From NCBI GenBank assembly GCA_017305135.1, contig JAFKNA010000007.1:55441-119440 (forward strand): a DNA stretch of 64,000 nt. Reading direction: 5' to 3'. The notes beneath the pieces were generated by a model that did not search any database, was not told the DNA's origin, and saw only the letters and a program-made list of their open reading frames with translations. This stretch comes from Lysobacterales bacterium (GTDB lineage Bacteria > Pseudomonadota > Gammaproteobacteria > Xanthomonadales > Rhodanobacteraceae). Made by a program: the position numbers and the translations under genes. Within the stretch, counting starts at the first letter, position 1; every line of letters begins with the position of its first letter. Shown here in pieces: positions 9,305 to 18,006 of the stretch.

Positions 9305-10258
9305 TCAGCCGCCGGTGAGCCGGGCCAGCTCCAGCCCCGACTGCGTGCGCAGCCAGTCGGCAATCAGCTCGTGCGAGACCGACAGCGGCGGCGGCAGGAT
9401 GAGGCTCCCGCTTTCCACCCCGGCGACCAGTTCGTCGACGCTGAACCAGCGCGCATCGGCGAGTTCCGGCCCGACGCGGATGGTCGGATCCTCCGCTTCC
9501 GCGGTGAAGCCGAGCATCAGCGAGGAGGGGAACGGCCAGGGCTGCGAGGAATGGTAGGTGCAGGCGCCGACGCGCACCCCGGCTTCCTCGTGGACCTCGC
9601 GGCGCACGGCGTCCTCCAGCGATTCGCCGGGCTCGACGAAGCCGGCCAGGGTGGAATAGCGGTTCTCGGCCCAGGACGCGTTGTGGCCGAGCAGGCAGCG
9701 CTCACCCCAGCCGACGATGACGATCATGGCCGGGTCCACGCGCGGGAAATGCTCCAGCGCGCAATCGCGATTGCTGCAGCGGCCGCGATGGCCGAAGGCG
9801 ACCAGCTCCAGCGGCGCGCCGCAGGCGCCGCAGAAGCGCGTGCGCGACTGCCAGAAGGCGAGCGCCCGCGCGTAGGCGAAGATCCCTGCCTCGAACCCGG
9901 CGAGTCGGGCGCCGGCGCTGCGCAGGTCGATGAAACCGGCGCCGAGCGCCACCGCCGCGCGGTTGGCCTGCAGCGGATCGGCGCTGAGCGAGAACAGCGG
10001 TCCCTGCCCGGCGTCGCCGAGGTAGGTCGCCGGCAGCTCGGCGAGCCCGAGCGCGGCGCATTCGTCGCGATCGAGCCAGCGCAGCTGCGTGCTGCCCGGC
10101 GCCACCAGCGCGGGCCGCCCGCCGGCACCCTCGGCGCCCAGCAACAGGAAGCGCGCACGCAGGTCGGCGCGCTGCGCGGCACTGAATTCGAGGTCGTCGC
10201 GGCGCTCGGCATTGCGCTCGAGGGCAAGGCCGGCGAAGGTGTTGATGCGGGCGCTCAC
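9305..10258 (-). CDS. nudC: NAD+ diphosphatase (NADH pyrophosphatase, Nudix)
   Basis: Zn-ribbon CGACGAPLELVAFGHRGRCSNRDC followed by Nudix box GFVEPGESLEDAVRREVHEEAGV. Confidence 0.9.
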   Translation of the reverse strand: MSARINTFAGLALERNAERRDDLEFSAAQRADLRARFLLLGAEGAGGRPALVAPGSTQLRWLDRDECAALGLAELPATYLGDAGQGPLFSLSADPLQANRAAVALGAGFIDLRSAGARLAGFEAGIFAYARALAFWQSRTRFCGACGAPLELVAFGHRGRCSNRDCALEHFPRVDPAMIVIVGWGERCLLGHNASWAENRYSTLAGFVEPGESLEDAVRREVHEEAGVRVGACTYHSSQPWPFPSSLMLGFTAEAEDPTIRVGPELADARWFSVDELVAGVESGSLILPPPLSVSHELIADWLRTQSGLELARLTGG

Positions 10259-10285
10259 GCCGTCGACCTGGCGCCCGCGCAGGGT

Positions 10286-10654
10286 TCAGACCGTGAACGA
10301 GGATCCGCAGCCACAGGTGGTCCGGGCATTGGGATTGCGGATCACGAACTGCGCCCCGCCCAGCGATTCGGTGTAGTCGACCTCGGCGCCGGCCAGGTAC
10401 TGCAGGCTGAGCGGATCGACCAGCAGGGTGACATCGCCGTTGGCCAGGGTGAAATCGTCCTCGGCCGGCGTCTCGTCGAAGCTGAAGCCGTACTGGAACC
10501 CCGAGCAGCCGCCGCCACTGATGTAGACGCGGAGCTTGAGCTCGGGATTGCCTTCCTCGGCGATCAGTTCGCGGACCTTGCCGGCGGCGGCATCGGTGAA
10601 GACCAGCGGGGCGCCCGCGGCGTCCTGGTAGGTGGGCGTGGACATGTCGTTCAT
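10286..10654 (-). CDS. erpA: iron-sulfur cluster insertion protein ErpA (A-type carrier)
   Basis: [22 protein letters not shown] and C-terminal CGCGSSF. The start is uncertain (ATG 10654 or 10645; longest ORF 10690). Confidence 0.9.
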   Translation of the reverse strand: MNDMSTPTYQDAAGAPLVFTDAAAGKVRELIAEEGNPELKLRVYISGGGCSGFQYGFSFDETPAEDDFTLANGDVTLLVDPLSLQYLAGAEVDYTESLGGAQFVIRNPNARTTCGCGSSFTV

Positions 10655-10686
10655 GGCATGCGAGATCGGCGCGCGCGGAGGCGTTT

Positions 10687-11106
10687 TCAAGCTTCGGCAG
10701 GGAGGATGTCGGCCATCGACTCCGGCGGCGCGAGGCGCTGCAGCGGCTCGGCCTGGTGCAGCATGCGGCCGTTGACCTGCGCGCCCGCGGCCATTTCCAG
10801 CACCTTGTAGTGCACGTTGCCCTCGACGCGCGCGTGCGCGGCAAGCTCCAGCCGTTCGGCCACGAACACGTCGCCGTGCACCGAGCCGTTGATGACCGCG
10901 TTGGAAACGCGCACCTCGCCGTCGATGCGGCCCTTCTCGCTCAGCGTCAGCACCGCGTCAGCGCCCTCGGCCGACAGCGCGCCCTGCACCAGCCCGTCCA
11001 GGTGCAGGCCGCCGGTGAAGTGCACGTCGCCACGGATGGTGGTGCCTTCGGCGATCAGGGTGCTGATCGCCGCGACGCCTCGGCCGCGCTTGTCATTTCG
11101 AAACAT
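10687..11106 (-). CDS. bactofilin (polymer-forming cytoskeletal protein)
   Basis: Repetitive beta-helix pattern [19 protein letters not shown]...[40 protein letters not shown]. Confidence 0.85.
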   Translation of the reverse strand: MFRNDKRGRGVAAISTLIAEGTTIRGDVHFTGGLHLDGLVQGALSAEGADAVLTLSEKGRIDGEVRVSNAVINGSVHGDVFVAERLELAAHARVEGNVHYKVLEMAAGAQVNGRMLHQAEPLQRLAPPESMADILPAEA

Positions 11107-11818
11107 CCCCGCCCTCCTCGTACTTGACCGCGTCTTCCCAGGAAAACTCCTGCTCGGCGCGGCCGCCGTCGCCTTCCGCCCGCGCGATCACGCGATTGGG
11201 GGCAAATCCCGGCGGCAGCATGATGGTACCGCTCACCCGCTGGAAATACTTGAAGGCGTACTCGATTCCGGAACGCGCCGGCGCCTGCACCAGCTCGTCC
11301 CAGCCGAAGCTGGCCAGCTGGCCGTTGCTGACGCCCTCCAAGCTGAGCGTGAGGCGGCCCTTCACGTCCTGGCCGCGCCTGAAGTTCTGCGTCAGCGTGG
11401 CGGTGAAGTTCCAGGCGCGCGAATCCTTCACCGGCGTCAGCTTCAGCGCGTGCACGGCCAGGCCCTCCCGCTGGCTGCCGCCCACCAGGCGCGAGTAGAA
11501 GGCGAGGTCCGCGCGCAGGGCTTCCAGTTCCTCGTCGCGCTCGCGCAGGTTCTGCTGCACTTCGGCCAGCGCGGCGCGCGCGACCTGTTCGGAGCGCTCC
11601 AGCGTCGCCACCTGGCGCTTCAGGGTCTCGTTGTCGGCGCGTAGCGCCACGCCACCCTCGCCCTCCGCGCCGACAGCGGCCTCGCCGCCGCCCAGGATGG
11701 CCGCCAGCCCGCCGACCAGAACCAGTGAAGCCAGCCACACCAGCGCCAGCGCGATCTGGATGCGCCGCCGGCGCACCAGGTCGTATCGACGGATCACCAG
11801 CGGTCGGGAATTGGGCAT
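11093..11818 (-). CDS. membrane-anchored coiled-coil protein (DUF6776-like), function unknown
   Basis: Start at MPNSRPLVIRRYDL (ATG 11818). Has a TM segment IALALVWLASLVLVGGLAAIL, then a coiled coil LKRQVATLERSEQVARAALAEVQQNLRERDEELEALRADLAFY. Overlaps the bactofilin start by 14 nt. Confidence 0.6.
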   Translation of the reverse strand: MPNSRPLVIRRYDLVRRRRIQIALALVWLASLVLVGGLAAILGGGEAAVGAEGEGGVALRADNETLKRQVATLERSEQVARAALAEVQQNLRERDEELEALRADLAFYSRLVGGSQREGLAVHALKLTPVKDSRAWNFTATLTQNFRRGQDVKGRLTLSLEGVSNGQLASFGWDELVQAPARSGIEYAFKYFQRVSGTIMLPPGFAPNRVIARAEGDGGRAEQEFSWEDAVKYEEGGDVSK

Positions 11819-11938
11819 GCAGGAACCATGGGCATCGCAGCGGTCGCTTATAGTGGCCGGCACGAACCAGGGTCAAGGCGCGGGGCCGGCATTCCGGCTC
11901 CGGTTTATACTCGCCCGCACGTTCACACGGCGTTGGCG

Positions 11939-12364
11939 ATGCTCTGGCTGAAGGCTTTCCACATCATCTTCGTGGTGACCTGGTTCGCAGGACTGTTCTA
12001 CCTGCCGCGCCTGTTCATCTACCACGCCGAAGCGGGCGAGGCGGTGGTCCGCGAGCGCCTCAAGGTGATGGAACGACGCCTGCTCATGATCACCCACATC
12101 GGCGGCGCGCTGGCGGTCGGGTTCGGGCTGCTCACGCTGTGGGCGTTCGCGCGCCCGGGGCTCGGCTATCTGCAGCAGGGCTGGCTGCACGCCAAGCTGG
12201 CGCTGGTCGTGGTGCTGATCGGCTACCACCTGATGCTGGTGCGCATGACCGCGCAGTTCGCGCGCGACGCCAACCGGCGCAGCAGCCGCTGGCTGCGCAT
12301 CTTCAACGAGGTGCCGGCCCTGCTGCTGGTGCCGATCGTGCTGCTGGTGGTGCTGAAGCCGTGA
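11939..12364 (+). CDS. hemJ: protoporphyrinogen oxidase HemJ (CopD/UPF0093 family)
   Basis: MLWLKAFHIIFVVTWFAGLFYLPRLFIYH and four TM segments. Confidence 0.85.
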   Translation: MLWLKAFHIIFVVTWFAGLFYLPRLFIYHAEAGEAVVRERLKVMERRLLMITHIGGALAVGFGLLTLWAFARPGLGYLQQGWLHAKLALVVVLIGYHLMLVRMTAQFARDANRRSSRWLRIFNEVPALLLVPIVLLVVLKP

Positions 12365-13557
12365 ATGCGGCGACGCAACGGCTCTGGCGCCAGCAACTGG
12401 CCGGGCGCATCGCCCGCGTGCGCGAGCGCGCCGCTCGCCTGCAGCGCGAGGGTTGGGACATCAACACGCTGCACCGCCAGGCGGAGGAACTCGAACTCCT
12501 CGCCAGTGCCTGCCGCGACCTCGACGCCATGGAACTGGCCGACGCGCTGGCCGCGCTGCACGCCGCAACCGCCGCCCTGCTGGCGCCGCCGCGCCTGCCG
12601 CAGCAGACCGAAACCGCACACCTGGCGGCGCTCGATGCACGGCTCGGGGACATCGCGCTGCCACCGCCGGCAGACGCGGACGGCGATCCGGATATGGAAG
12701 GGCCGGATCGACCGGACCACGAAAGCGGCTTCGCGGGTCCACCCGGCCCTGCCGAGGCGCTTGCCGGGCACGGCGCGAGAGCGGGCGCCGACGCCACGTC
12801 GCCAGCCCCTCCGGCCAGTCTTGCCGAGCAGATCCGCGATGCGCTGGCCGCGAACCGGCTGCAGCTCGTGTTCCAGCCGCTGCTGGCGCTGCGTGGCGAC
12901 GCGGAGGGCCAGTTCCAGGCGTTGCTCCGCATGCGCGATGCGCACGGACAGCTGCGCGCGGCCGCCGAGCTGCTGCCGGTCGCCACCGACGCCGGGCTGC
13001 TCGCCGCGGTCGATCGCTGGGTGCTCGAGCACTGCGTGATGCTGTTGGCCCGGCACAAGGCCGAGCACGGCGTCGAGCGGCTCTTCGCCAGCCAGGCCCT
13101 GTCCAGCGTGAGCGATCCGGCGGTGATCGCCCGCCTCGGTCGCTGGCTGGCCGAATGGCACGTGGATCCGGCGGCGCTGGCGGTGGAGATCCGCCTCGAC
13201 GAAGTCGCCGCCGAACCGGTCGACGGATTGCGCCTGGCGGAGCTGCTGCAGGAACTCGGGGTGGGCCTGGTCCTCTCCGGTTACCAGCCCGGCACGCCGG
13301 CCGCCAGCATGCTGGAGCGCCTTCCTGCGCGCTTCGCGAAGCTCGACGGCCGTCTGGCCGGAACCGCCGCCGCGGCGGAACTCCGCGACCACGTCGACAC
13401 CCTGCGCGAGCGCGGCATGGAGGTGATCGCCCCGCGCGTGGAGAACGCCCGCGGCGCCGCCTTCTGGCACGGCGTGGGCGTCGATTTCATCCAGGGCAAC
13501 TTCGTCCAGGCGGCGGCAAGCGAGCTCGCCTTCGAGTTCACCGAGGCGACGCTGTAG
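12361..13557 (+). CDS. EAL-domain protein with degenerate QAL signature
   Basis: GTG 12361 overlaps the hemJ stop (GTGA). EAL fold LQLVFQPLLALRGDAEGQFQALLRMRD...DRWVLEH...VEIRLDE...AKLDG...IAPRVEN...GVDFIQG. Confidence 0.85.
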   Translation: MNAATQRLWRQQLAGRIARVRERAARLQREGWDINTLHRQAEELELLASACRDLDAMELADALAALHAATAALLAPPRLPQQTETAHLAALDARLGDIALPPPADADGDPDMEGPDRPDHESGFAGPPGPAEALAGHGARAGADATSPAPPASLAEQIRDALAANRLQLVFQPLLALRGDAEGQFQALLRMRDAHGQLRAAAELLPVATDAGLLAAVDRWVLEHCVMLLARHKAEHGVERLFASQALSSVSDPAVIARLGRWLAEWHVDPAALAVEIRLDEVAAEPVDGLRLAELLQELGVGLVLSGYQPGTPAASMLERLPARFAKLDGRLAGTAAAAELRDHVDTLRERGMEVIAPRVENARGAAFWHGVGVDFIQGNFVQAAASELAFEFTEATL

Positions 13558-13569
13558 CCACAGCGGGGC

Positions 13570-13660
13570 GCCCGAGGTCGCGCCCAGGTGCGCTCCTACG
13601 CGCGCATGAGTCATCCGACGCTCCCGTAGGAGCCTGCGTGCAGGCGATCACGCGGCGCCA
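13570..13660. repeat. REP-type GTAG half-elements
   Basis: GGTCGCGCCCAGGTGCGCTCCTAC (to 13599) nearly matches 4266-4289. GTAGGAGC occurs at 13626-13633. Confidence 0.4.
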
Positions 13661-13687
13661 TCCCGCCTGCTGTCGTGCCGCCGATCC

Positions 13688-13706
13688 GGTATTGACAATC
13701 ATTCTC
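13688..13706. promoter_or_regulatory. candidate Fur box upstream of bfd
   Basis: GGTATTGACAATCATTCTC matches the 19-bp consensus GATAATGATAATCATTATC (from memory) at 15/19 by hand alignment. It lies 45 nt upstream of the bfd ATG. Confidence 0.5.
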
Positions 13707-13750
13707 ATTCGCGTTCAAATGCGCGCCATCTGTTCCGGTGCGTCTCCCAC

Positions 13751-13948
13751 ATGTACGTCTGCATCTGCAACGCGGTCACCGACCGCGCGATCCGCCAGGC
13801 CGCGGAAAGCGGCCACAGCTTCGTCGAGCTCAGCCGGGCGACCGGTTGCAGCGATTGCTGCGGAAACTGCGAGGAACTGGCGCGCGAGATCTTCGACACT
13901 GCCGCCGCGCGCGCGCTCGACCTCCCGCTGTTGCCGATGGCGGCCTGA
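13751..13948 (+). CDS. bfd: bacterioferritin-associated ferredoxin
   Basis: MYVCICNAVTDRAIRQA...CSDCCGNC, the 2Fe-2S BFD-like motif. Adjacent to bfr. Confidence 0.9.
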   Translation: MYVCICNAVTDRAIRQAAESGHSFVELSRATGCSDCCGNCEELAREIFDTAAARALDLPLLPMAA

Positions 13949-14123
13949 GCCGCCGCGCTGCGGCCACACGCTCGGCATTTCCCCACCGGCGCACTGCCGC
14001 CAGGGCCGTGCGCGCATGCAAATGCGTGCGATTCCCGTTTCCTCGCCGTCATCCGGCGCGCGCTATAGTCGCCGCTCCGATCAGACGGCCGGCGCCTTCG
14101 CGCCGCGCAAGGAGACTTGAGCG

Positions 14124-14594
14124 ATGAAGGGCGATCCCAAGGTCATCGAGCACCTCAACAAGGCGCTGTACAACGAACTCACGGCGATCAACCAGTACTT
14201 CCTGCATTACCGGATGTACAAGCATTGGGGCTACGAGGAACTCGCCGAGCACGAGTACAAGGAATCGATCGACGAGATGAAGCACGCCGATCGCCTGATC
14301 GAGCGCATCCTGTTCCTCGATGGCCTGCCCAACCTGCAGCACCTCGGCAAGCTCCTGATCGGCGAATCGCCGCGCGAAGCGCTGGAATGCGACCTGCGCC
14401 TGGAGATGCAGGCGGTGCCGGACCTGCGCGAGGCGATCGCCTACTGCGAGGGCGTGCGCGACTACGTCAGCCGCGATCTCTTCTCCGACATCCTGGAATC
14501 CGAGGAAGAGCACATCGACTGGCTGGAAACCCAGCTCGGCCTGATCGGCCAGCTCGGCGAGGTGCCTTACCTGCAGACCAAGGTGGACGACTGA
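14124..14594 (+). CDS. bfr: bacterioferritin
   Basis: [36 protein letters not shown]...[12 protein letters not shown]. Confidence 0.95.
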   Translation: MKGDPKVIEHLNKALYNELTAINQYFLHYRMYKHWGYEELAEHEYKESIDEMKHADRLIERILFLDGLPNLQHLGKLLIGESPREALECDLRLEMQAVPDLREAIAYCEGVRDYVSRDLFSDILESEEEHIDWLETQLGLIGQLGEVPYLQTKVDD

Positions 14595-14609
14595 CCCTTC
14601 TCGCGACCC

Positions 14610-14629
14610 GCGCGTGCACCCGCACGCGC
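14610..14629. terminator. GC hairpin between convergent bfr and rppH
   Basis: GCGCGTGC ACCC GCACGCGC, a perfect 8-bp stem with no T-tract. Confidence 0.35.
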
Positions 14630-14640
14630 AGGTCTCGGGC

Positions 14641-15168
14641 TCAGGTCGCCGCCAGTTCCGCCGACCAGGTCTGGGTGCGCAGCGACACCCGGCAACTGTC
14701 CTCGGCCAGGATCACCAGGTGGCGCAGCGCCTGCTCGTAGACGCGGCGCTTGAAACTCACCACGTGCACCGGCGGATACCAGAAATCCACCCAGCGCCAG
14801 AGGTCGAACTCCGGCCGCTCGTTGGCATCGAGGCGGAACGCCGACTCCGCGCCGACCAGCCGCAGCAGGAACCAGACCTGCTTCTGGCCGATGCAGACCG
14901 GTCGCGAATGGCGCCGGATCAGCCGCGGCGGCAGCCGGTAGCGAAGCCAGCCCGGGGTCGCGCCAAGCACCTCGACGTGGTGCGGCAGGAGGCCGGTCTC
15001 CTCCTCCAGCTCGCGGTACATCGCTTCCACCGGCGTTTCGTCGCTGCGCATCCCGCCCTGCGGGAACTGCCAGCCATCGCGGCCCACGCGCCGCGCCCAG
15101 AACACACGCCCCTCGTCGTTCAACACAATGATGCCGACGTTCGGTCGGTAGCCATCCGGATCGATCAT
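14641..15168 (-). CDS. rppH: RNA pyrophosphohydrolase
   Basis: [17 protein letters not shown] and Nudix box [23 protein letters not shown]. Confidence 0.93.
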   Translation of the reverse strand: MIDPDGYRPNVGIIVLNDEGRVFWARRVGRDGWQFPQGGMRSDETPVEAMYRELEEETGLLPHHVEVLGATPGWLRYRLPPRLIRRHSRPVCIGQKQVWFLLRLVGAESAFRLDANERPEFDLWRWVDFWYPPVHVVSFKRRVYEQALRHLVILAEDSCRVSLRTQTWSAELAAT

Positions 15169-15348
15169 GGCAAGGCCCGTAACGTAGATGCCCCGATTCT
15201 TCCACGCACCGCCGCAGGCGGCAAGGCAAAGCCGCCAGAGCTTGACAGCACCGCGTTCCGCAATAGAATCGTGCGCCCCTTCGCCGCCGATGCGACCCGT
15301 TCGCCGCGGCCGGACGTACCGCCCGCGCGGCAGTACCTTTCAGCACAT

Positions 15349-15387
15349 GGCTATGTAGCTCAGACGGTTAGAGCGCGAGACTCATAA
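15349..15387 (+). pseudogene. orphan 5' half of tRNA-Met (acceptor arm to anticodon loop)
   Basis: The 39 nt GGCTATGTAGCTCAGACGGTTAGAGCGCGAGACTCATAA are identical to 15421-15459 of the intact gene. Sequence then diverges for 33 nt. Confidence 0.8.
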
Positions 15388-15420
15388 GGTCAGGGTCATA
15401 GGGGCAGGATTCAAAAATTT

Positions 15421-15497
15421 GGCTATGTAGCTCAGACGGTTAGAGCGCGAGACTCATAATCCCGAGGTCGGTGGTTCGATCCCACCCATAGCCACCA
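15421..15497 (+). tRNA. tRNA-Met (anticodon CAT), elongator type
   Basis: 77-nt cloverleaf folded by hand: GGCTATG / GCTC..GAGC / CGAGA CTCATAA TCCCG / GGTGG TTCGATC CCACC / CATAGCC A CCA. The G1-C72 pair and similarity to E. coli elongator Met argue against initiator. There is one A-C mismatch in the anticodon stem. Confidence 0.93.
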
Positions 15498-15521
15498 GAA
15501 TTCAAGCACTTGGCTTCAATC

Positions 15522-15547
15522 AAGCCCGCCATCAAGCGGGCTTTTTT
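15522..15547 (+). terminator. rho-independent terminator after tRNA-Met
   Basis: AAGCCCGC (15522-15529) pairs with GCGGGCTT (15536-15543), and the run continues as a T-tract to 15547. Confidence 0.7.
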
Positions 15548-16020
15548 GCGACAGATCCCTACCGCAGAGAGGCCGAGGTCGCTTGCGGCAGCGATCGTTT
15601 CGACCCTTGCGCAGCGGCTCCGCAGCCCCTTGTGACAGTTTCTGTGACACCTTGAAGTGTCACAGGCGCAGGTGAGTGGTGTAGAACGACCCCCGCACTC
15701 AATCGGCAACCTCGCGAAGAGGTCCTTGCGACGCCCGCACGGCTCGGTTCTGCCGGCGCAAGGCTTGAATTAAGGCCACCTCGAACCGCCACTCGATCAG
15801 CCGAGACTCCTGCAGAGGCGGTGATCTGCGGCAGCCGACACTTGCGACCTGATCGCGGTCCAGGAAGACCCGCTACAAATTGCGGTTTTCTCGAGCCGCG
15901 TCTCAACGAGGAGCGCCAATAGCGAGTGCCTCGGCCAACCGGGCCAGGACCGCGCGGCGGCCGCCGAACTGGCCGGCTCCAGTCAGGGATTTCGCGGGGC
16001 CAACCGCAGATCCGAGAGGG

Positions 16021-16257
16021 TCAGACCGTCCCGGCCTCTTCGTCGATGTACGTCAGCAATTCGCCCGGCTGGCACCCAAAGTACCTGCAGAGCTTGTCGA
16101 CGACATCCGTACCGATGTTCGCGCCCGGTTGATTCGCGATCTTCGACAGCGTCGCGCGGTGGATTCCCGTGGACTCAGCCACCTCCGTCAGCGGGACGAC
16201 GCGGCGCTCGTTGAACGCCTTGTCCGCGATCAGCTCAGTCAGCCGGAATCTAATCAT
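16021..16257 (-). CDS. XRE/Cro-CI family HTH regulator
   Basis: 78 aa. VVPLTEVAESTGIHRATLSKIANQ is an HTH_3-like motif. Divergent from xis-int. Confidence 0.8.
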   Translation of the reverse strand: MIRFRLTELIADKAFNERRVVPLTEVAESTGIHRATLSKIANQPGANIGTDVVDKLCRYFGCQPGELLTYIDEEAGTV

Positions 16258-16299
16258 GAACGTTACATGAATGATGTCGCCAAGAGGCGACGTTAGTTG

Positions 16300-16327
16300 T
16301 TGACAATCGCCACTAGTCGCCTATGAT
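16300..16327 (+). promoter_or_regulatory. sigma70-like promoter for xis-int
   Basis: TTGACA (16300-16305), a 16-nt spacer, then TATGAT (16322-16327). It is flanked and overlapped by three TGTTGAC repeats and the palindrome GTCGCCAAGAGGCGAC (16276-16291). Confidence 0.5.
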
Positions 16328-16385
16328 CGTCAACAGGTGTCGCTCATAAACGACAGCTGTTGACCAGAATCGACTGGAGGCTCAG

Positions 16386-16637
16386 ATGGAAACTTACATC
16401 ACCACCGATGAACTAGCTACCCGGATCCACTATGACGTCCGGACCATCCGGACACGTCTGAAGGACGCGGTGCTGCTGGAAGGCGTGCACTACATTCGAC
16501 CGTTCGGGGGTCGAAAGCTTCTCTTCGTCTGGGAGGCGATCCAGCGCGACATCGGCAAGTTCTCGGCCGGTCGTGCTCCGGTTGTGCATCGGGACATCGG
16601 CATTCCCATGGCCAATGGCGCGGTGAGCCATGGCTAA
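16386..16637 (+). CDS. excisionase / AlpA-like DNA-binding protein
   Basis: 83 aa. YITTDELATRIHYDVRTIRTRLKDAVLLEGVHYIRP is a MerR/Xis-type HTH. Overlaps the int start by 8 nt. Confidence 0.6.
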   Translation: METYITTDELATRIHYDVRTIRTRLKDAVLLEGVHYIRPFGGRKLLFVWEAIQRDIGKFSAGRAPVVHRDIGIPMANGAVSHG

Positions 16638-17997
16638 GGTTCGTGCCCGTCCTGAGACGGGGATGCTCTACCTGGACTTCTTCTACAGAGGCGTCCGTTG
16701 CCGAGAGCAGACGGCCCTGCTTGACACCGCGGAGAACCGTCGCCGGGTACAGGCCTTGATGAACCGGGTCTCGAAGGAGATCAAGCAGGGCTTGTTCGAT
16801 TATGCGGCGACGTTCCCGGGGAGTCCAAGGGCAGCCCAGTTCGGCGGGCCAGGTGTAGGCGCCGAGGGGATCCTTCCGGCCGGCCCTCCTCAAGCCGCAG
16901 GTCCAATCGCTTCCGATACGCCCACCTTCGCCGACTTTTCCGTGACGTGGCGGAAGGAGATGGCGCCCCAGTGGCGGCGCCAGCACCGGGACAGCGTGGA
17001 TGCGACGTTCGACGCGCACCTGCTCACGGAGTTCGGTGACCGGCCGGTCGGCTCCATCGCCAAGGCCGATGTGATGGCGTTCAGAGCAAAGCTGGCGGAA
17101 CTGCCCGGCCGTTCCAGCCCGAAGCTGTCCCCGACCACGATCAACAAGACGATGGGCCTCCTGCGCCAGTGCCTGACCGAGGCCAGCGAGCGCTTCGGGA
17201 CGCCGGATGCCTTCAAGGGCGTGAGGCGGCTCAAGGGACGACGTCCCGACGTCAAACCGTTCTCGCTGGAAGAGGTCGAGAAGATCCGGGCCACCATCCG
17301 TCCGGACTACCGGAACTACGTCACCTGCCGCTTCTTCACCGGCATGCGCACCGGCGAGATCAATGGGCTGAAGTGGAAGTACGTCGACTTCGACCATGAA
17401 GTCATACGGGTTCGGGAGACGTTCTCGGCCGGCGAGGCGGAAGAGAACGCCAAGACCGAGAGCTCGATCCGCGACATCCCGATGCTCCCGATGGTGAGGG
17501 AGGCCCTGGAGCAGCAATGGAACGCGCGGGGCCCGAGCGACGAGTACGTGTTTCAGACCCGCGCAGGCCATCCGATTGACGCCCACAACTTCGCCAACCG
17601 CATCTGGTACCCCCTGCTGCGCTACCTCGAGCTTGAGAAGCGCAGGCCCTACCAGACCCGGCACACCGCCGCGACGCTGATGCTGGCCTCGGGCGAGAAC
17701 CCGGAGTGGATCGCCCGGCTCATGGGGCACACCAACACCCAGATGCTCTTCACCGTCTACTCGCGCTTCGTGCCGAACCTGACCCGACAGGACGGCCTCG
17801 CCTTCGCAGGGCTGCTGAGCCGGCAAGACAGCAAGCCGCAGCCGGATTCGAGCCCGCCCGAGGTCAACGACCTGGAATCGATGGGCGCTGAGGAACTCCG
17901 GAACGCCCTGAGGGCGATGCTGGCCGGCGAGCGCCGCGGCGGTCCGCGGTCCCGTAAGAAGGCGAGGGCAGCACCACCGCTCTCGCCCACAACCTGA
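16630..17997 (+). CDS. int: tyrosine site-specific integrase (Arm-type N-terminal domain)
   Basis: MAKVRARPETGMLYLDFFYRGVRCRE at the N-terminus. Catalytic region RFFTGMRTGE...HTAATLMLASGENPEWIARLMGHTNTQMLFTVYSRF. Confidence 0.93.
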   Translation: MAKVRARPETGMLYLDFFYRGVRCREQTALLDTAENRRRVQALMNRVSKEIKQGLFDYAATFPGSPRAAQFGGPGVGAEGILPAGPPQAAGPIASDTPTFADFSVTWRKEMAPQWRRQHRDSVDATFDAHLLTEFGDRPVGSIAKADVMAFRAKLAELPGRSSPKLSPTTINKTMGLLRQCLTEASERFGTPDAFKGVRRLKGRRPDVKPFSLEEVEKIRATIRPDYRNYVTCRFFTGMRTGEINGLKWKYVDFDHEVIRVRETFSAGEAEENAKTESSIRDIPMLPMVREALEQQWNARGPSDEYVFQTRAGHPIDAHNFANRIWYPLLRYLELEKRRPYQTRHTAATLMLASGENPEWIARLMGHTNTQMLFTVYSRFVPNLTRQDGLAFAGLLSRQDSKPQPDSSPPEVNDLESMGAEELRNALRAMLAGERRGGPRSRKKARAAPPLSPTT

Positions 17998-18006
17998 GGA
18001 AAAGCC

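Noticed and set aside
8170-9363. 397-aa minus-strand and 322-aa plus-strand ORFs overlapping the AmpE-like gene
   Set aside because: Arg/Pro/Gly-rich artefactual frames. The 298-aa frame has coherent TM helices and an AmpE-like motif.
15421-15497. tRNA with CAT anticodon as initiator tRNA-fMet or tRNA-Ile2 (lysidine)
   Set aside because: The G1-C72 pair and lack of three consecutive G-C pairs at the base of the anticodon stem argue against an initiator. The acceptor and D arms closely resemble E. coli elongator tRNA-Met rather than tRNA-Ile2. Confirmation by tRNAscan-SE/TFAM is still advisable.
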